64,000 bases of DNA, taken from the NCBI GenBank assembly GCA_000165425.1, contig CT867989.1, positions 186,001 through 250,000 on the forward strand. The letters run 5' to 3'. The stretch is from Paramecium tetraurelia. Taxonomy: Eukaryota. This document shows, one piece after another, positions 12,766-26,680 of this stretch. The notes beneath the pieces are model-generated. The model was not told the origin of the DNA and ran no database searches. It worked only from the letters and a program-made list of their open reading frames with translations. The position numbers and the translations under genes are program-made. Within the stretch, counting starts at the first letter, position 1. Each line of letters opens with the position of its first letter.

Positions 12766-14997
12766 TCAAACATCGATTGATTTTTTAAATTACTCTTTGT
12801 TCTTTAAAAAATATTCAATCCTACAATTTATAACATTATATATACGTTTAATTGCAAATAGGGCATCTCACTAATTTTGTGTTTATTCTTATCCAATCCT
12901 CAAAACACTCCAAATGAAATGTATGTCCACAGAATATCTGAACGATTTCCTACTTCGTTTCATATTTCTCAATACAAAAAGGACACTTATCCTCATCATA
13001 TCTCAAAACCTGGCTTGAAAAGCATTACTTCATTAACACCTTCTCCTTAATCATATTGTCCATCACATTTGAGAGACTATCATTATCCAGACTTTGTTTG
13101 CTATCCTGAAGAGTAAGCGAGATCAAGTAATTCATCCTCTTATTAGCTATATAGATGATGATTCCAAAAAGAACCAGAGCTCCCAATAATAAACATGTTA
13201 GTTTCTTTATTTTGAAATCCTCTGTATCTGCTTGAGGATCCTACTATTTAAATGTGACTGTCAGATCATTCACTAAAATATCCTCCAACATCACAATTGT
13301 CATTCTAAAATAATAGCCTTTGAATATAAAATCGGACTTGTAATCACTAATCATTATTTAATCGCATAATTGTTAAGTGTCATTCCCTAAACATATGCTT
13401 TATTGGATAAACTTCTTCTTTGTTAATTTATCCACCTACAAACTAAAAAGCAAATTGAATTATTAATAAGCATTAGCATCATAAAACCACGTGAACACTG
13501 ATCCTTTCGGAACATTTCCATAATAGGTAGAATTGAATTCGATCTCCGAACCGCAATTCATTATTTTATTAACAAACCATTTTGAACTCTCCCTATTTTA
13601 ATTTAACCCAACACTCTATTAATTCTATTAGCCCTAGCATTATTCATCAATCCACTCACAACCTGTTTATTTCATACAAGCATAACAACTATTAAATCTA
13701 TTGCAACCATGTACAAATTGGTTATACAAAGATTCAAAAATGCATTCAGACTTGTGTGGAACTAAAGAAATGTTCAAAGATCCATAGATTATGTCACAAG
13801 GCATTTGGCATTTCTATTTCTATTAGGATTAAACTTAATTTAATTATTATTATTAGGGTTGTGCTTCATACCTCTATTAATATTGGATCGATTATAAATT
13901 CATCTTAGGTAATTCCTCAATATTAAATTCACATTCTTGAAATTGATCCATTGTTAAATGATCAATCTTGGCACTCATCGTCTCGAATTGATCATATATC
14001 AACATCAGTTAGGTTTGATCTATGAGAAATGCTACATGGGAATATGGTAGATCGTATTATTAAATCAATCTAACAGATTTTGAATAAAATTAATAATTAT
14101 TTTCTTCAATAATGAATAATTTAATTCCATTCATATTTTGTTACAATATGTAATTTGAATAAATTCCATCAAAATTTGTCAGCATTTATAGTGGTTGCGA
14201 ATCAAATCTATATATTTCTTAAATTTCATATAAAACCTCACCAATGTTATAGAGTACTTAGAATTGCTCATATGTAATAATGATATAGCCTGATTTATAC
14301 ATTCTCCATTTTTAAGGCACATTATTTTCAGATAAGGAATATGTAGAGACATCTCTGAATTGTTTATCAAATAAGGAGTATTCAATCAATTTGAGCTGGT
14401 TTTATTTCAACACGATTAGCAAGAGAGAATTCCTTATTTTATTGTAATATTGTGAAAATCCAATAATACGAGCATTATCGTGTGAATTGAATTTGTAGGA
14501 AATGCTGTAAAACTAATTCACATTCCCAGGAAGCATCGGGAGCAATTCTATAATGTAATTTTGCTTGTCTACTCTTCTCAATATCGAAATCGTAGTATGG
14601 ATTGAATCGATCTATGTGAGTTCGTAAAACATTATATTGTGTTCCTGTTAAATGAGATTCGAATGCTCAGGATTTGAAATCCTTCCTATTGATAAGGTTT
14701 TCTAACCTTCCTTAGTGATGAGGTCACAAATTAAGTAATTACTTAAATAGGTTTCTCCATTTTTCTCCTAAGAATAAATGCCTATCTATTATGTAAAACA
14801 CTTATATCTACTTATTTTTGTGTGAGTTCTAATTTTGGAACAAATGCATTATGTTAAATACATTGAAATAGAACGTAATCAGAATTTGAACCAGAGTAAA
14901 TGCATCCTCGAAAATTTTGATTCTCTACACTACCTTTTGATCTCGAGTATAACTGAGAACCATACACGATCTCAATGAATAGTATATAGAAATACAT
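12766..14997 (-). CDS. Single-pass membrane protein with PSI-like ectodomain motif and C-terminal RING-H2
   Basis: Signal-like MYFYILFIEIVYG; CNRFNSCYACMKQTGCEW; TM LLLGALVLFGIIIYIA; CPFC..CGHTFHLECFEDW..CPIC; two tiny introns. Confidence 0.8.
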
Positions 14998-15151
14998 TTA
15001 TATAAATAATTGTTCTGTGTTTAAAGTAATTTTAGAATTTAAAAATAACCCTAATTATTTAGTTTATAAATTCCATATATCATCCTCATAATCATGATGC
15101 ATCATAGCAATTTATGGAATTTAATATAAATTAATAATGTGAATAAATTGA

Positions 15152-16908
15152 TCATTAACGAACCGTCATCTACTACTTCCACTATTTAAACTACGCAATA
15201 GGTGATTGATCCTCTTCATCTGAGGATTCTCTGAACTTGATTCCCTTGTTAATCATATCCAAACATGAAATTGATCTATCTCTGTTTCCAAATGTATCGA
15301 GAGCATACATATCCTTATTCTGAGGATTGCTTTTCTTTACTTTCTATTAGAATTACGCCTTGTATGAAGTATTTTATTGAGATTGCTGTTTTAATTAATT
15401 TATGCATTAAGTTGATTTGAGATCTCTTTTTTCTTGATTTTCTTTATTTTATAGTATTGTATCTTTGCTTTTATTTAATTGTCTGCCTTATTTGCTTTGT
15501 CTTTCTCTGTCTTCGCACAAGGACTGATCAGTCATTGCACTTTAACAGGAAATGTTGAATTGAGGTAACATATATTCTTAGGAGTATCTAAGACCTTCTT
15601 ACTGTTTAATTTCTGATGATAATTGTTTCACTTATTCTTGCAATTCTTAATTCTACTATTTCAAAGTTAGCTTCTCCTATTTGAATTTGGTAATTTGCTT
15701 GTGTATTTCAGTAAGATGGTTTTATAATTCTTCAATAAAATTCTAATTCTCATTCAATTGATTCATCAAATTTGAGATTTCCTTTTAATGTTATTATTCA
15801 AGTTCTTTCTCCTTGATATCATACTACTCCTCAAAGTACTTCTACATCTCTTCGATCACAACCTATTCATTGTTAGTCTATAATTATTGCTCCAACAAAG
15901 TAATCTACTGATTTTGTTAAACTAATTTCTTTTCCAATTCATTAAATTTAACCATTAAGTCCTAATTCTCCTTCTCCCTTTGCTAAATCAACTTCTCCTT
16001 TTCCTTAATCTGTTCCTCATAACCTTATTTAGTCATCTCCAATTAAATTTGATTCTCCTCCAATTGTAATTCCAATTATTCAATCGAATTCTTTTATTAA
16101 TTCAATATGTTAGTCATTTAATTGTTCTAAGTATTCACAATATTCAATTGTTTCTAGAATTCGTTTCTAAACTTCAAACTTAATAAACATACTTCTATGC
16201 ATTAAGACATTTCTCTATAGTACACTTCTCTCTGGATGACAGATTGTTAGCTTCTGCAATCAAGATCTCATACTTTTCAGCTATCTACACTTTATCTCTT
16301 TCCAATTGATCAACAGTATGTTTCATCTTCTCTATTTGAGTAATCCTTTCTTATAAAATCTATTGATGGTCATATAAATACTTAATTCAATTTTGAATTC
16401 TCTCCTAATACTAAATTTATTTTATGTTCATATTCAATAATCTTTTTTTCTAATTACTTTTCCTTTTCCACCCTTCTTGAAGATTCTAATTAATCATCCT
16501 TGTGTAAAAGTTTGTTCTATAAAATATATTACAATCAAATACTTCAATTTCTAATTGTCTTAATAATTTATTTAAATTCGTTATCTCATAGTCCTTTTTA
16601 TTAAGAATTTATGCAAACTTGTCTTATTACTCTAAAAATTGAGATGATTTATCAATATCACCCATCCTTTTATTTTTCTCGATTTCATCCATTAACATTC
16701 TTTTGAGCTCAATATTTTCAGCCAACTATTCTTCGAGTTAAGTCCTGTAATCCTCGATCTCATACTTGTTCTCTCGATCACAAGCAAATGAAACGACTGA
16801 GGTTTTCAAAGAAGCCTCTGACCTGTTTGTGACATCTAATTGTTTCAAAACCTCCCGATTGGATTACTAAAATTGCTTTTCCCCACTATCTATGTAGTAT
16901 TTGTTCAT
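15152..16908 (-). CDS. Coiled-coil protein, unknown function
   Basis: Long Q/E/K/L-rich frame in code 6 from MNKYYIDSGEK to ...QMTVRQ-TGA. Confidence 0.7.
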
Positions 16909-17300
16909 CTTGTTGTTTTAACGAATAAATATTTAATATTATAATATATAAAAATGTAAGGTTTTATTTATATAAAACAATAGTTTAGAATAAAATGAAT
17001 TTATGATTCATTCAGATCTAACATTAATATTATAAAAATAGTTGTAAATTCCTGCTTTTGCCTTTCGTAATTTTGAATTTGATCTTTTAATATACAATAG
17101 TAAGTTGATAAATTTTAGAATGAGTCATGAATGCAGAATTCCTATAAATATACTTCAAAGTTTATTTTGAATTTTACTTTAATCAACATTCCTAATTAAG
17201 CTTTATAAATTATTTTATTATAAATTTTATTTTTGTTACCTTATGTATATAACTACAAGATTTTTAATATTAAAATAAACATAATATAGTGGCATCAAAA

Positions 17301-17831
17301 TCATCTACATATTTTATTTATCAAAATTATTTACTATTCTAATATTTACCTTAATAAATTATACTAATTTTGTTATTCTTATCTGAGTTGTTATTCAAGT
17401 TCATCTTTATCCATTTAGGAATTGAATTATTCACTATACTTTTATTTTTAATTATTCTAAAGAAATAGTTATAATTGGTTATTCAGTTTCTATCTTGCTA
17501 ATTGCATTTTGGAAATCTGCTCACATCTAATCCCCTTCTGAATTTAAACAATCTATCTTAGTAGATCAAGTTAACCATCGTAATCTATAATTTATTTGAT
17601 AAATGAACCTTTATTAGACTCTTAAAGCACTCCATGTCTTCTAAATTTATTTAGTATGGCTTTCGCTGTTGAAAAGTTTATCTTACAAATTTAAGCAGAA
17701 GCCCTTATGGTTCTTTTATCACATAAAACAAGTCTAAGAAATGTTATTCTGGAGGCAAACTTCTCTTATTTCTTTTAAGAGTTTTGTTTTCTACTAAGAT
17801 TCTCGATATTTTAGCTATTATGCATATCCAT
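17301..17831 (-). CDS. Ciliate HTH (homeodomain-like) putative DNA-binding protein
   Basis: RTIRASAQICKINFSTAKAILNKFRRHG HTH-like segment plus Q-rich tail; frame also open upstream to ATG 18239, so start uncertain. Confidence 0.65.
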
Positions 17832-18282
17832 TTAAAAATATTAATTTAGAGTAAATCCACTAAGTTAGAAATATATATATAAATTGAAATCATTGCTATT
17901 GCCGGATAATAAATACTAACACGGAAGTGCTCTACGATACTCATGTCCAAAATCAGTTTTTAATAAGTCACCATTATAAAATCCAGAATTTTATATTAAT
18001 GATTAAAATATATTTTAACTTAGAATTACTGGTGCAATTAATACTAAAGGTGTATTTGGGTCCTTTTGTGTGTAATTCTTTTTCAAATACATTATTAGAG
18101 ATAGTTCATCATTGAAGATTGATATGATAGCTAATCTAAGATGCACCAATATTATGAGATTGTAATTATTTTTAGATAAAATATATAATGGTATGATAAA
18201 TAAGAAGTTGGAGTCTTTACAATATTTTAAGTCTGCCATATTATAATATTTTAAATCTTTATAAATTGAATATCAAATTATG

Positions 18283-20680
18283 TCATCTATTTTTTTATAG
18301 TTAATCCTCCAAATTTTAAACGTAAAGTTCATTTTTCTTCAATTTTTATTATAAAATCTTGACTTCTCCCATCAAGTTTCTTATCTATTAATCAGCGGAT
18401 TTGTCTCTCTAAAATATATATATAATTATCATACCATAGAGTCAAAGTCCTACATAATGAGCTATCTTATTTTTGCTTCTTATTCGTTCAATTAAAACTT
18501 CTATTACTGATTAGCAGTTTACAGTTCAGATATGAGAATTTAGTTTTTCGTGCTTCCTATTGTTAAATTCTAAATCTCGTTTTCCAATTATCTTATTTTG
18601 TCTCCTTTTTAATTAATCTCATATTTCAATTATTAGTTTTCTTAATTGATAGAATTGACTAATAAATTAAACTGAGCCTTCTATTCATTTGTTAACTGTT
18701 AGTATTGCTCTGTTAGTTGTTATTCAGTCCTTTTTCGTATGTCTTCCATTTATTAATTTACCTAATTTTTCAAAATTATATTTTATTATTCCATATTATA
18801 AGATTATATTTATTCTGATTTTAATTGATCCTGTAATGTTTAACATTCCTGTTATTTTTTCTAAAATTGTATATTCATCAAATTAATTTCCTTTTCAAAT
18901 CGAACTTATAATTATAATAACTCCTCGCTTAATTATTTACACTTATTATCCAATTACAAGTAAGCTTATTGTTTATCATTATATTAATTTCTTGATTTTT
19001 GCAATTCTTCTTTCAATTTATCAGTGTCATTATTATATTATCCTTTTAAATCATTGTAATTTTATGTTAATTTGTCTAGTTGTTAATTTAATAGTTGTTT
19101 ATCTTAATTTAAAAGAGTATTCTAAAGGACTTTTTAATCGATCTAATCTTGCAAGTTTTTGATCTAATCATCTTGTATAGCACTGTGTTGATTATTTAAA
19201 TGAGCTTCTTGGTCATATCTTCTCTGAATAGCTATTAATTGGTCATTTGTTGCTTTGATTTTAGCTTCTAATTCTGCTAACAATTAATTTCTATCATTGA
19301 GTTATTATTAAAACCATTAAACTTCCTTACTTTATTAAGTTTCCAATTTATTCAACTCTTGTTAATATCTAAGCTTCTAAATTGAAATTTCTTCTTATAA
19401 TTGTAAATAAGAATTTTATAATTGCTATTTCTCTTCAAGGAGTTAATTAAATTATTATGTCTTATCGTCTAATGACCTCTAGGTTCTACTAATTTAGTCC
19501 TATAAATCCTTTATCGTATTATTAAAATTGTATGTGTCTTGATCTAATTTTTATTATAATGAAAATATTTTGTTCTCTAATTCCCTTTTCTACTTATCCT
19601 ATTCTAAAATTTTAAGCTCCTTCTCTGTGATTTGTTATTGAAGAGTTGTACTATCTCTTAAATACTTAGATTCCCCGTTTTTCAATTATTATTACAATTA
19701 AAATGACAAAGCATTCGTTTCCAATTGAAGTTTTTCGTACATCATAGATAATTAAGCTTTCTCATTTTGTACTTACTCTAATAGTTTTGATTAAAGATCC
19801 AATTAATCCTTAAATCTATTACTTTAGTCTTTTGTATCTTAAACTTCTGTTCTTAATTAAAGTGTGTCTTAATCATATTTTCTCTACAATTAATACAAAT
19901 ATTCTTGAGTTTACTTTAATTTCTACTCAGTAGTCATAAGAGCTGATTCTTTATTTGTTAAATTAAGGGAGAGAACCTGACTTTCTTTAGAATATCTCAA
20001 TTCATTTTCCGATTGTTCTTGTTTATAAGTTAAGGATTGTGAATTAATCAGATTTCTAAGGGAATCGATTTCTTTTTATTAGGCCAATTTATTTTAGTTT
20101 AATTCATTAATATTAATCACTTGTTTATCACATTAGATCTATAATTTTGCTAATCTATCTTATAAATCTAATATATGTTAATTTGTTGTATCGATTTATA
20201 AACTGTTTTTTTGTTTTAATTAGTTTTACAAATCATCAATTTTATTTTATAATTGCTTGATAGTTTGATTTGCAGAACTGAAATCAGATTAAAGTGATTC
20301 TCTTTGAACTACAGATCTTGTAATTTCTCTATCAAAATCTAATGGTTTCTATTGCAGCTATTTTACTGCAGCTTGAAGATCCAATACTTATTATTTTAAT
20401 TTTCTCTTTTCATCGTCTTCTTAAAACGATTAATTTAATCTATCCACATTTATTTCTTGTTGACTTTAAGTCAAAGATCGATCTAATTAGTATTGAATAT
20501 CCTCTATCTTTTTCTATTTTAATGTGCTGTCTCTCTCAAAAATTCTTTAATCTATTATTGGGCTTAATTTAGTTAGCTTTGCAATTAATCTCTCTCCCTT
20601 TGTAAATTTGCTATTTGTATTTAAGGATCCTGGTCTTGTTAGCCATTCTGTTTGGGCTTCTATGAGGTTCTAACACTCAT
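18283..20680 (-). CDS. Large coiled-coil protein with one apparent frameshift near 20540
   Basis: About 740 codons of heptad-like sequence, 26-nt intron near 18409-18434, TGA at 18283; N-terminal 47 codons are in a different frame. Confidence 0.7.
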
Positions 20681-20749
20681 CTAGATATTCAATAATTAAA
20701 TTTTATTTATATATAATTCAATAATTTGTATATCTTATGAACTAAGTTG

Positions 20750-22950
20750 CTGTAAATGTAATTTTTATATGCTATTGTTTCTAGAATTATAACTCAAAAT
20801 ATACAAATTCATTTTATGTAATCTTCAATTCTAATTATCTAGTCAGAGCTAATATGTTTAATTATCTCTATATTATTTTTACTTTTTTCAAAATCTTAGC
20901 TTTAAAGCTGTTTTATTTAAAACTCTTATAGAGGTAGCTCTAAAAGTTAAATTTATTCCGATTTTGTATCAATTTTCCCAACTAAATTGAATTTCTTCTG
21001 ATTTACTTATTGAAAAATTATTAATCTCTAAGATGAAGTAAAAGTGATTCCAATAAGACTCAGTAATATTAATCAATTTTATTAGAACAACTAACAAATT
21101 ATAATCACTTTTATTATAGATTATTGATTGTAGGAATTGTGAGATTGAAATCTCAAATTTTATCTCTTCCGAACATAGATTGTCTCTATAAATGAAAATT
21201 AAACTATTTATTGAATTTATTAATCCTTAAATTTTTATTCAATTCATAATTTAATCAAATTTTTTTTGATTAATCTTATCACTTTTTTGACTAAATACTC
21301 ATTAATATTTTAGCTGTTCTTATCGTAAAATCTAAGATATATAAGTTAATTAGTTGTAGTTCATCAGACTTTTTTCTCTGTGTTTATTATACGTTTATTT
21401 ATTTATAAGTTCTTTTAGCTTATAATAGGTAGTATATTAGAATGATTAATTGCAAAATTGTTTCTAATACTATCTCAAGATTAAAGAATGAATGTATTGA
21501 TAATATTTAGATTTTTGTAGTTTATGCTAAATAAATTATTATTTAATCAATTTGAAGTTTCAAAGTTTAATTATTAAGTATTTTGTAATTAAATAAAAAT
21601 TGTAATATTAACATTGTTTGAAATATAGATCAATATTTATCATATTTATCAATTTGGGACCGCCTAAATGACTTTTTCTTGGCCTTTGTTGCAAAACTAT
21701 GATTTTATTATTGTTAATATTAATATACTATAATGATTTATTTGGTTTCACTAGATTCTTAAAAGGAATTAAATAGCTCTCTGGTTATACATTTCTGTTT
21801 GACTTCTAATATTTATTAATCAGCTCATCAAGATTAAGGAATTTGGTATGGTATTTAGTATGTGTTTATATGATGATGGACATAAGTTCTCTATACAATT
21901 TTTTTTTTGACATTTTAATATTTTTAAGTCGATATGTAAAGTATAATGAAGAGAAAATGGGTTAAAATTTATGTCTTCCATAACTACATTCAAATTAACC
22001 AGCATAATCTTTTGAGATCCCTAGCAACTTTTATGTCAGATCAATTACCACGTGCTTAAGAGTTGTCATTTATGGTAAGAAATTATAATTTTAAATTAGG
22101 AAATTAATAAAATCTTGATAAGATAACTAATAAATATTAATTTAAAACTCTGTTAATATTCTAAAATCTAACATTTACTTAAAAATGTGTTTATCTGAAT
22201 AAGAAGGAATTAAGATTTTTCAGAAATTTTGTTTTCTGTATATGGTTTTATATATTGAAAGAATTTGTAATTATGTGATTTGATATAAGAATGCTAATTT
22301 TATTTTATTATGGTTTATATTTTTTTGCTACAATCTAAATTTATCATAATGTCTGATATGCTAAATATTCATTGATTTACCAATATTTCTAAAATCCATT
22401 AAGAGAATCATACGGATTTAGAAATACAAAAATAATAAAATAAATGTGATTATTAAGGTGATTATATTCCATATGAAATAAGCTCCATACATATGTAAAT
22501 TAAATAATACTGAAATTAAAAGAGCCGACTGTATTACATTTTAAAATATGAAAATTCAATCTTTTCTGAGTTCTTAACAAATAAAGTAAATTTATAAAGT
22601 TTCCTAAATTTGAGAAAAAGCAATTGAAAATTCTTATGAAAATAAATGGTAATTTATTTCTCAAAAGATAAATAATTTTGTTTTAATTAATCCAGTTGCA
22701 CAGATTTTCTTTTCAGTTCTGATTAATACATTTAAATTCTAGGACATTTTTTATTTTTTGTATAAGAAAAATACTCCTAAATAACTTCTTTTTTTAAATA
22801 TATTTTGTCCTAATTAATATTAAAGATTTCATTTTCATTAACATTTTGGAATTTCTAATTTTAAACAAAACCTATTGTTCGCTAATATTTCTTTGATGAA
22901 ATTGCGAGATTTTATATTAGAAAATAAAAAATGATTATTATATGACAAAA
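20750..22950. pseudogene. Possible decayed gene remnant in a long gene-free interval
   Basis: Short + strand coding-like fragments broken by TGA, and an intron-like gtaagaaattataattttaaattag near 22075-22099. Confidence 0.25.
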
Positions 22951-22968
22951 ATATTTATATATTTTACA

Positions 22969-24021
22969 TCATTATTATTCAGCAGCTCTTCTTTCAGCCA
23001 ATCTTTCTAATTCATTGACTAAGACTAATTCTTATCTTCTTCCTGCAGTGACGGTTTCATATTCAACATCGAAGCTGTGGCACAAATCAGCAGCATCATC
23101 CCACAAAGTTTAGTTTCTGGATCTTTTATTAGTAGCGGCTTAAGCAACTGCAGTTTAAGTGGAAATAGTTCCTTGTAAGTTTTCAGCCTTGCTGCTTAAA
23201 TGAGTCTTGGCCTCATCAAGTCTTGTTTATGAAGCAAGATAAAGATCTTTTTATTAACTGAAAAGGCCCAAAGCAGTAGTGTTTTCAGCAGTGTATGAGG
23301 CCCATGCTTCTTCAACGTTGCTTCTCAAGGTTTACAACAATTAAACGAGTCTTTCAGCTGCACTAGTTGAATCTTCTTCTTATGTAATTTAAGCTAAGGC
23401 ACCAATAGCTTACATGAATGCCTTGTTCATTTTGGTAGCAATAGCTGATTTCATTAATTTAGTTGTCATTTCAGCGACTTGGACTAAAGATGCTTGTCCT
23501 TTAGCAAGAGCAGTTGCAAGATCAATGGAATCATCAATAGCATTAATGGCATCGTTGAAGGTAACAGCTCCTCTGTTATATGATTAGGTGTCTTCCTTTC
23601 TGGCATCATTAATCAAAGTGATGTGTAGGGAGACTGTGTTCAAAATGTTTTCAGTTTCTCCGAGGGTTGCTTGAGTTTTTTTCAATAAGATGGTTGAAGT
23701 CTTTAAAATTCCGTTGGCAATTTTGAGTGTGCCATTGGCGTCTTCAACTTCAGCTCTTCTGTAAGCAATTTCACTGTCACATTCAGTTTTTTAAGCATTG
23801 TAGACATCATCATGTCCACTTTGTTCTTCTGCAACTGCAGATTTGAATGAGTTAAGAACTCCCTTGATTGAATCTAATGGTGAGTGAGCCTTGATCTTGT
23901 TTTCAACTTCAACCATAATGTTCATGATGCTTCTCTTACCACCATATTAAAGTGGATGTTTTGACATCATTGTAGCATTGCTTATGGCTAAGACAACCAA
24001 GATTGTGAATGCGATTTTCAT
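22969..24021 (-). CDS. Trichocyst matrix protein precursor (granule lattice family)
   Basis: 350 aa, intronless, signal peptide, helical acidic body with EQ..HD, KTECDSEI, ERLVQLLQTLR, LCHSF..EY...RRQEL motifs. Confidence 0.85.
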
Positions 24022-24790
24022 ATTTTAATAATTGATTTATACTTTTTTATTTCAGTTCCCTTTATACCACAACATTTCCCCTATTAAAAACGGATTGTAG
24101 TGTAAAAAATAATAATTAATTTTTCAAAAACGTGTAATATTTTAATATATTTAATTTAAATATTTTTTTTATCCATTTATTTTTAATAACTTGGTTATGA
24201 ACGATTATTTAATATTTATTTAACATATTAATAGTCGGATGCACATTTTAGAAAATATTAGAAAATTTTAGAATTTTTTACATGAACTCTGCCAACTCAT
24301 AATCGGTACTCCTCTTAAGAGAAAACATTATAATAATCTAGATGTAATTAAGATGATCTTTTTGGGTATTGGTGATTTTGTTATTTTATTTTAATTTGTG
24401 AAATTTCTTGAAAATTACACATAGTTTTTGTTTATATATTTGATATAAAATATATTCAAGGTTATAGCAAAATATTAATATAAAAGCATGATTTTATTTT
24501 ATGCAAATGAATGGGATTATAAAAATTGAAATATTATAGCAGTTAGTCTATGCCTATTGAGATGGTTAAGGAATACAATCAATTTTCATGATTTATTAAA
24601 TGCATTATAAAACTCAATTCTCAGCCCTTAGATATTTTCTAGGCATTTCATCATGCATTCCTTCTCAAATGGAGTCAGTATCTTTTCCATGTATGATTTT
24701 ACACATTAATTATAACATAAGTCGGCCATATATAATTTGACAGAAATTTTATCGTCTTGATTATTCATTTATATTATTTTTTTTTTTATC

Positions 24791-26211
24791 ATGAAAAAAG
24801 CAACCGATGGGATCAATTGTATTTTTATTATTCGCATTCTTAGATGAAAATGAGTACATAGCCAACCAGGAAGATAAATTACTTGCAAAGATGAGAAAGA
24901 AACAGGTATGATAATCTCTAATAGAGGAACGAGAATTGGAGCAATTAAAATTGTATGAGCAATAACAAACAGAACAAGAAAGAAGAAAATATTCTATCTT
25001 AGAATCAACACGTTCAAAATAACAATAAGTGGAATTAGCCTTAAAGGAGAAGAAATAAATGGTGAGTCTATTTCATTAAAATTATCATCTAGATAGAAAT
25101 AAAAAGAAAAGAAAAAGAGAAGGAAAAATTACTTCAAGTACAAAAGATGGAATAAGAAAAACTAAAAGAATTGACAGAAAGGGAAATAAGCCGAGACTTG
25201 ATTATATAGGAATTACATAGCAATAAAAACAGTCAAAAAAGCCCGATCGCAGATAAGGTTAAACCATCTCTAGTAAAAAAGTAAATTTAGTGTTTACGCA
25301 AGAATAGCTTAAGGAATAATAAATACATAATAAGAAGAAATTTTGATGAAGAAATTCTAATTGGATAAATTATAGAAGGAGCAGGAAGAGCAGATCAAAG
25401 ATTTGAGAGAGAGAAAAGAATAATTATTGAAAGAATTAAAGTAAGCAAAAAAAAAGCAATTAAAAAAAGTAAAGTAAAGAAACGAAGAAGAAAAACATGC
25501 TTATTAACAAGAGAAGCAATAGAAAATAGATCAGTATTAGAAAAAGTTAGATGAGATTGAAATAACTTAGTAGGCTAAAATTGAATAAATTGAATAAAAA
25601 AAAAAGGAGAAAATGGAAAAACTAAAGAGAGTGATGGTTAATATATTATCTTTATATTGTTAGGAGAATTACAAAAAAATAATGGCTGAAAAGAACGATA
25701 AAGCTTAATTAAAAGTGTCTCAATTAGAGGAGAAAATCAACTAGATTTCAGAAAAAATGAAATTTACAGAAGAAAATATAGAAAAGATAGAAAAGGAGAA
25801 GTCAAGACATAGATAGAACGTATAAATTATTATAATATTGAGATAAAATCAAGAAATGGCAGTATTTAAAATAATAAATCCCAAACCTTTTAAGATAAAA
25901 TTCGATAAAAAGAAGAAGAGCATCTAAAATCTATTACAGAAACTCAATCAATTTCTAAAATCAAATTGTAACAAGAAAAACAAAAAAAAGAAGAGCTGAT
26001 ACGAGATCATAAAAAGAAAGCCGAAAGCATCCTAAAAGAAATGGTGGACATTAAGAATAAGAAGCTAAAAGAGAAATTAAATAAAGCATAACAATTTAAG
26101 GATGAAAAAGAAAAATTATTTATGCAATAATAAAAACTAGCTAGAGAACTCGATCGTCAGAAGTAGAAATTACTGTTGCACAGTCCCAGATATAAAGCAG
26201 AAGAGAAGTGA
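24791..26211 (+). CDS. K/E/Q-rich coiled-coil protein
   Basis: MKKATDGIN...; several tiny introns; TGA 26209-26211. Confidence 0.7.
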
Positions 26212-26262
26212 TTTATTATATTAGTTATATATTTGAAGAGTTTATTATTTATTAATATAATC

Positions 26263-26680
26263 ATGTAATAATAATAATAACCTAGATAAAGAACAAAGGA
26301 GAGATTTGTTAGCGAAGCAATGAATTTAGTTAAATTATGGAGGTATTTTCATTCATTCATATGTAGATAAGTTTATTAAACTGAAACCAAATTTGTGGAT
26401 GGCAGATCTGTTCGAATCACATTAGATTAGGCTGCAGAGATTGTTGGCTGTCCACGAAAAACTTTAGAGGATTATTACTATTTATTAAGGAAGGCAGAAA
26501 CCTTGGGTAGATTTTTTAATCTAAATTTAAGTTAATTTAGAGGAAAAGAAAAATGAAAAGATGGGTTACATTAGAAAATTATGTAGGGAGAATAAAAAAT
26601 ACAAATAATAGTTAAAATAGGAGGAAGAATGTTACCAACTTAATTAATTTTAATTTGATGATAACATCCATGATGATTGA
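26263..26680 (+). CDS. Small ciliate-type putative HTH protein
   Basis: RTKERFVSEAMNLVKLWR...TLDQAAEIVGCPRKTLEDYYYLLR...KMGYIRK; two tiny introns. Confidence 0.7.

Noticed and set aside
17832..18239. 136-codon in-frame upstream extension of the HTH gene
   Set aside because: Composition resembles AT-rich intergenic DNA; cannot be distinguished from a chance open frame without transcript data.
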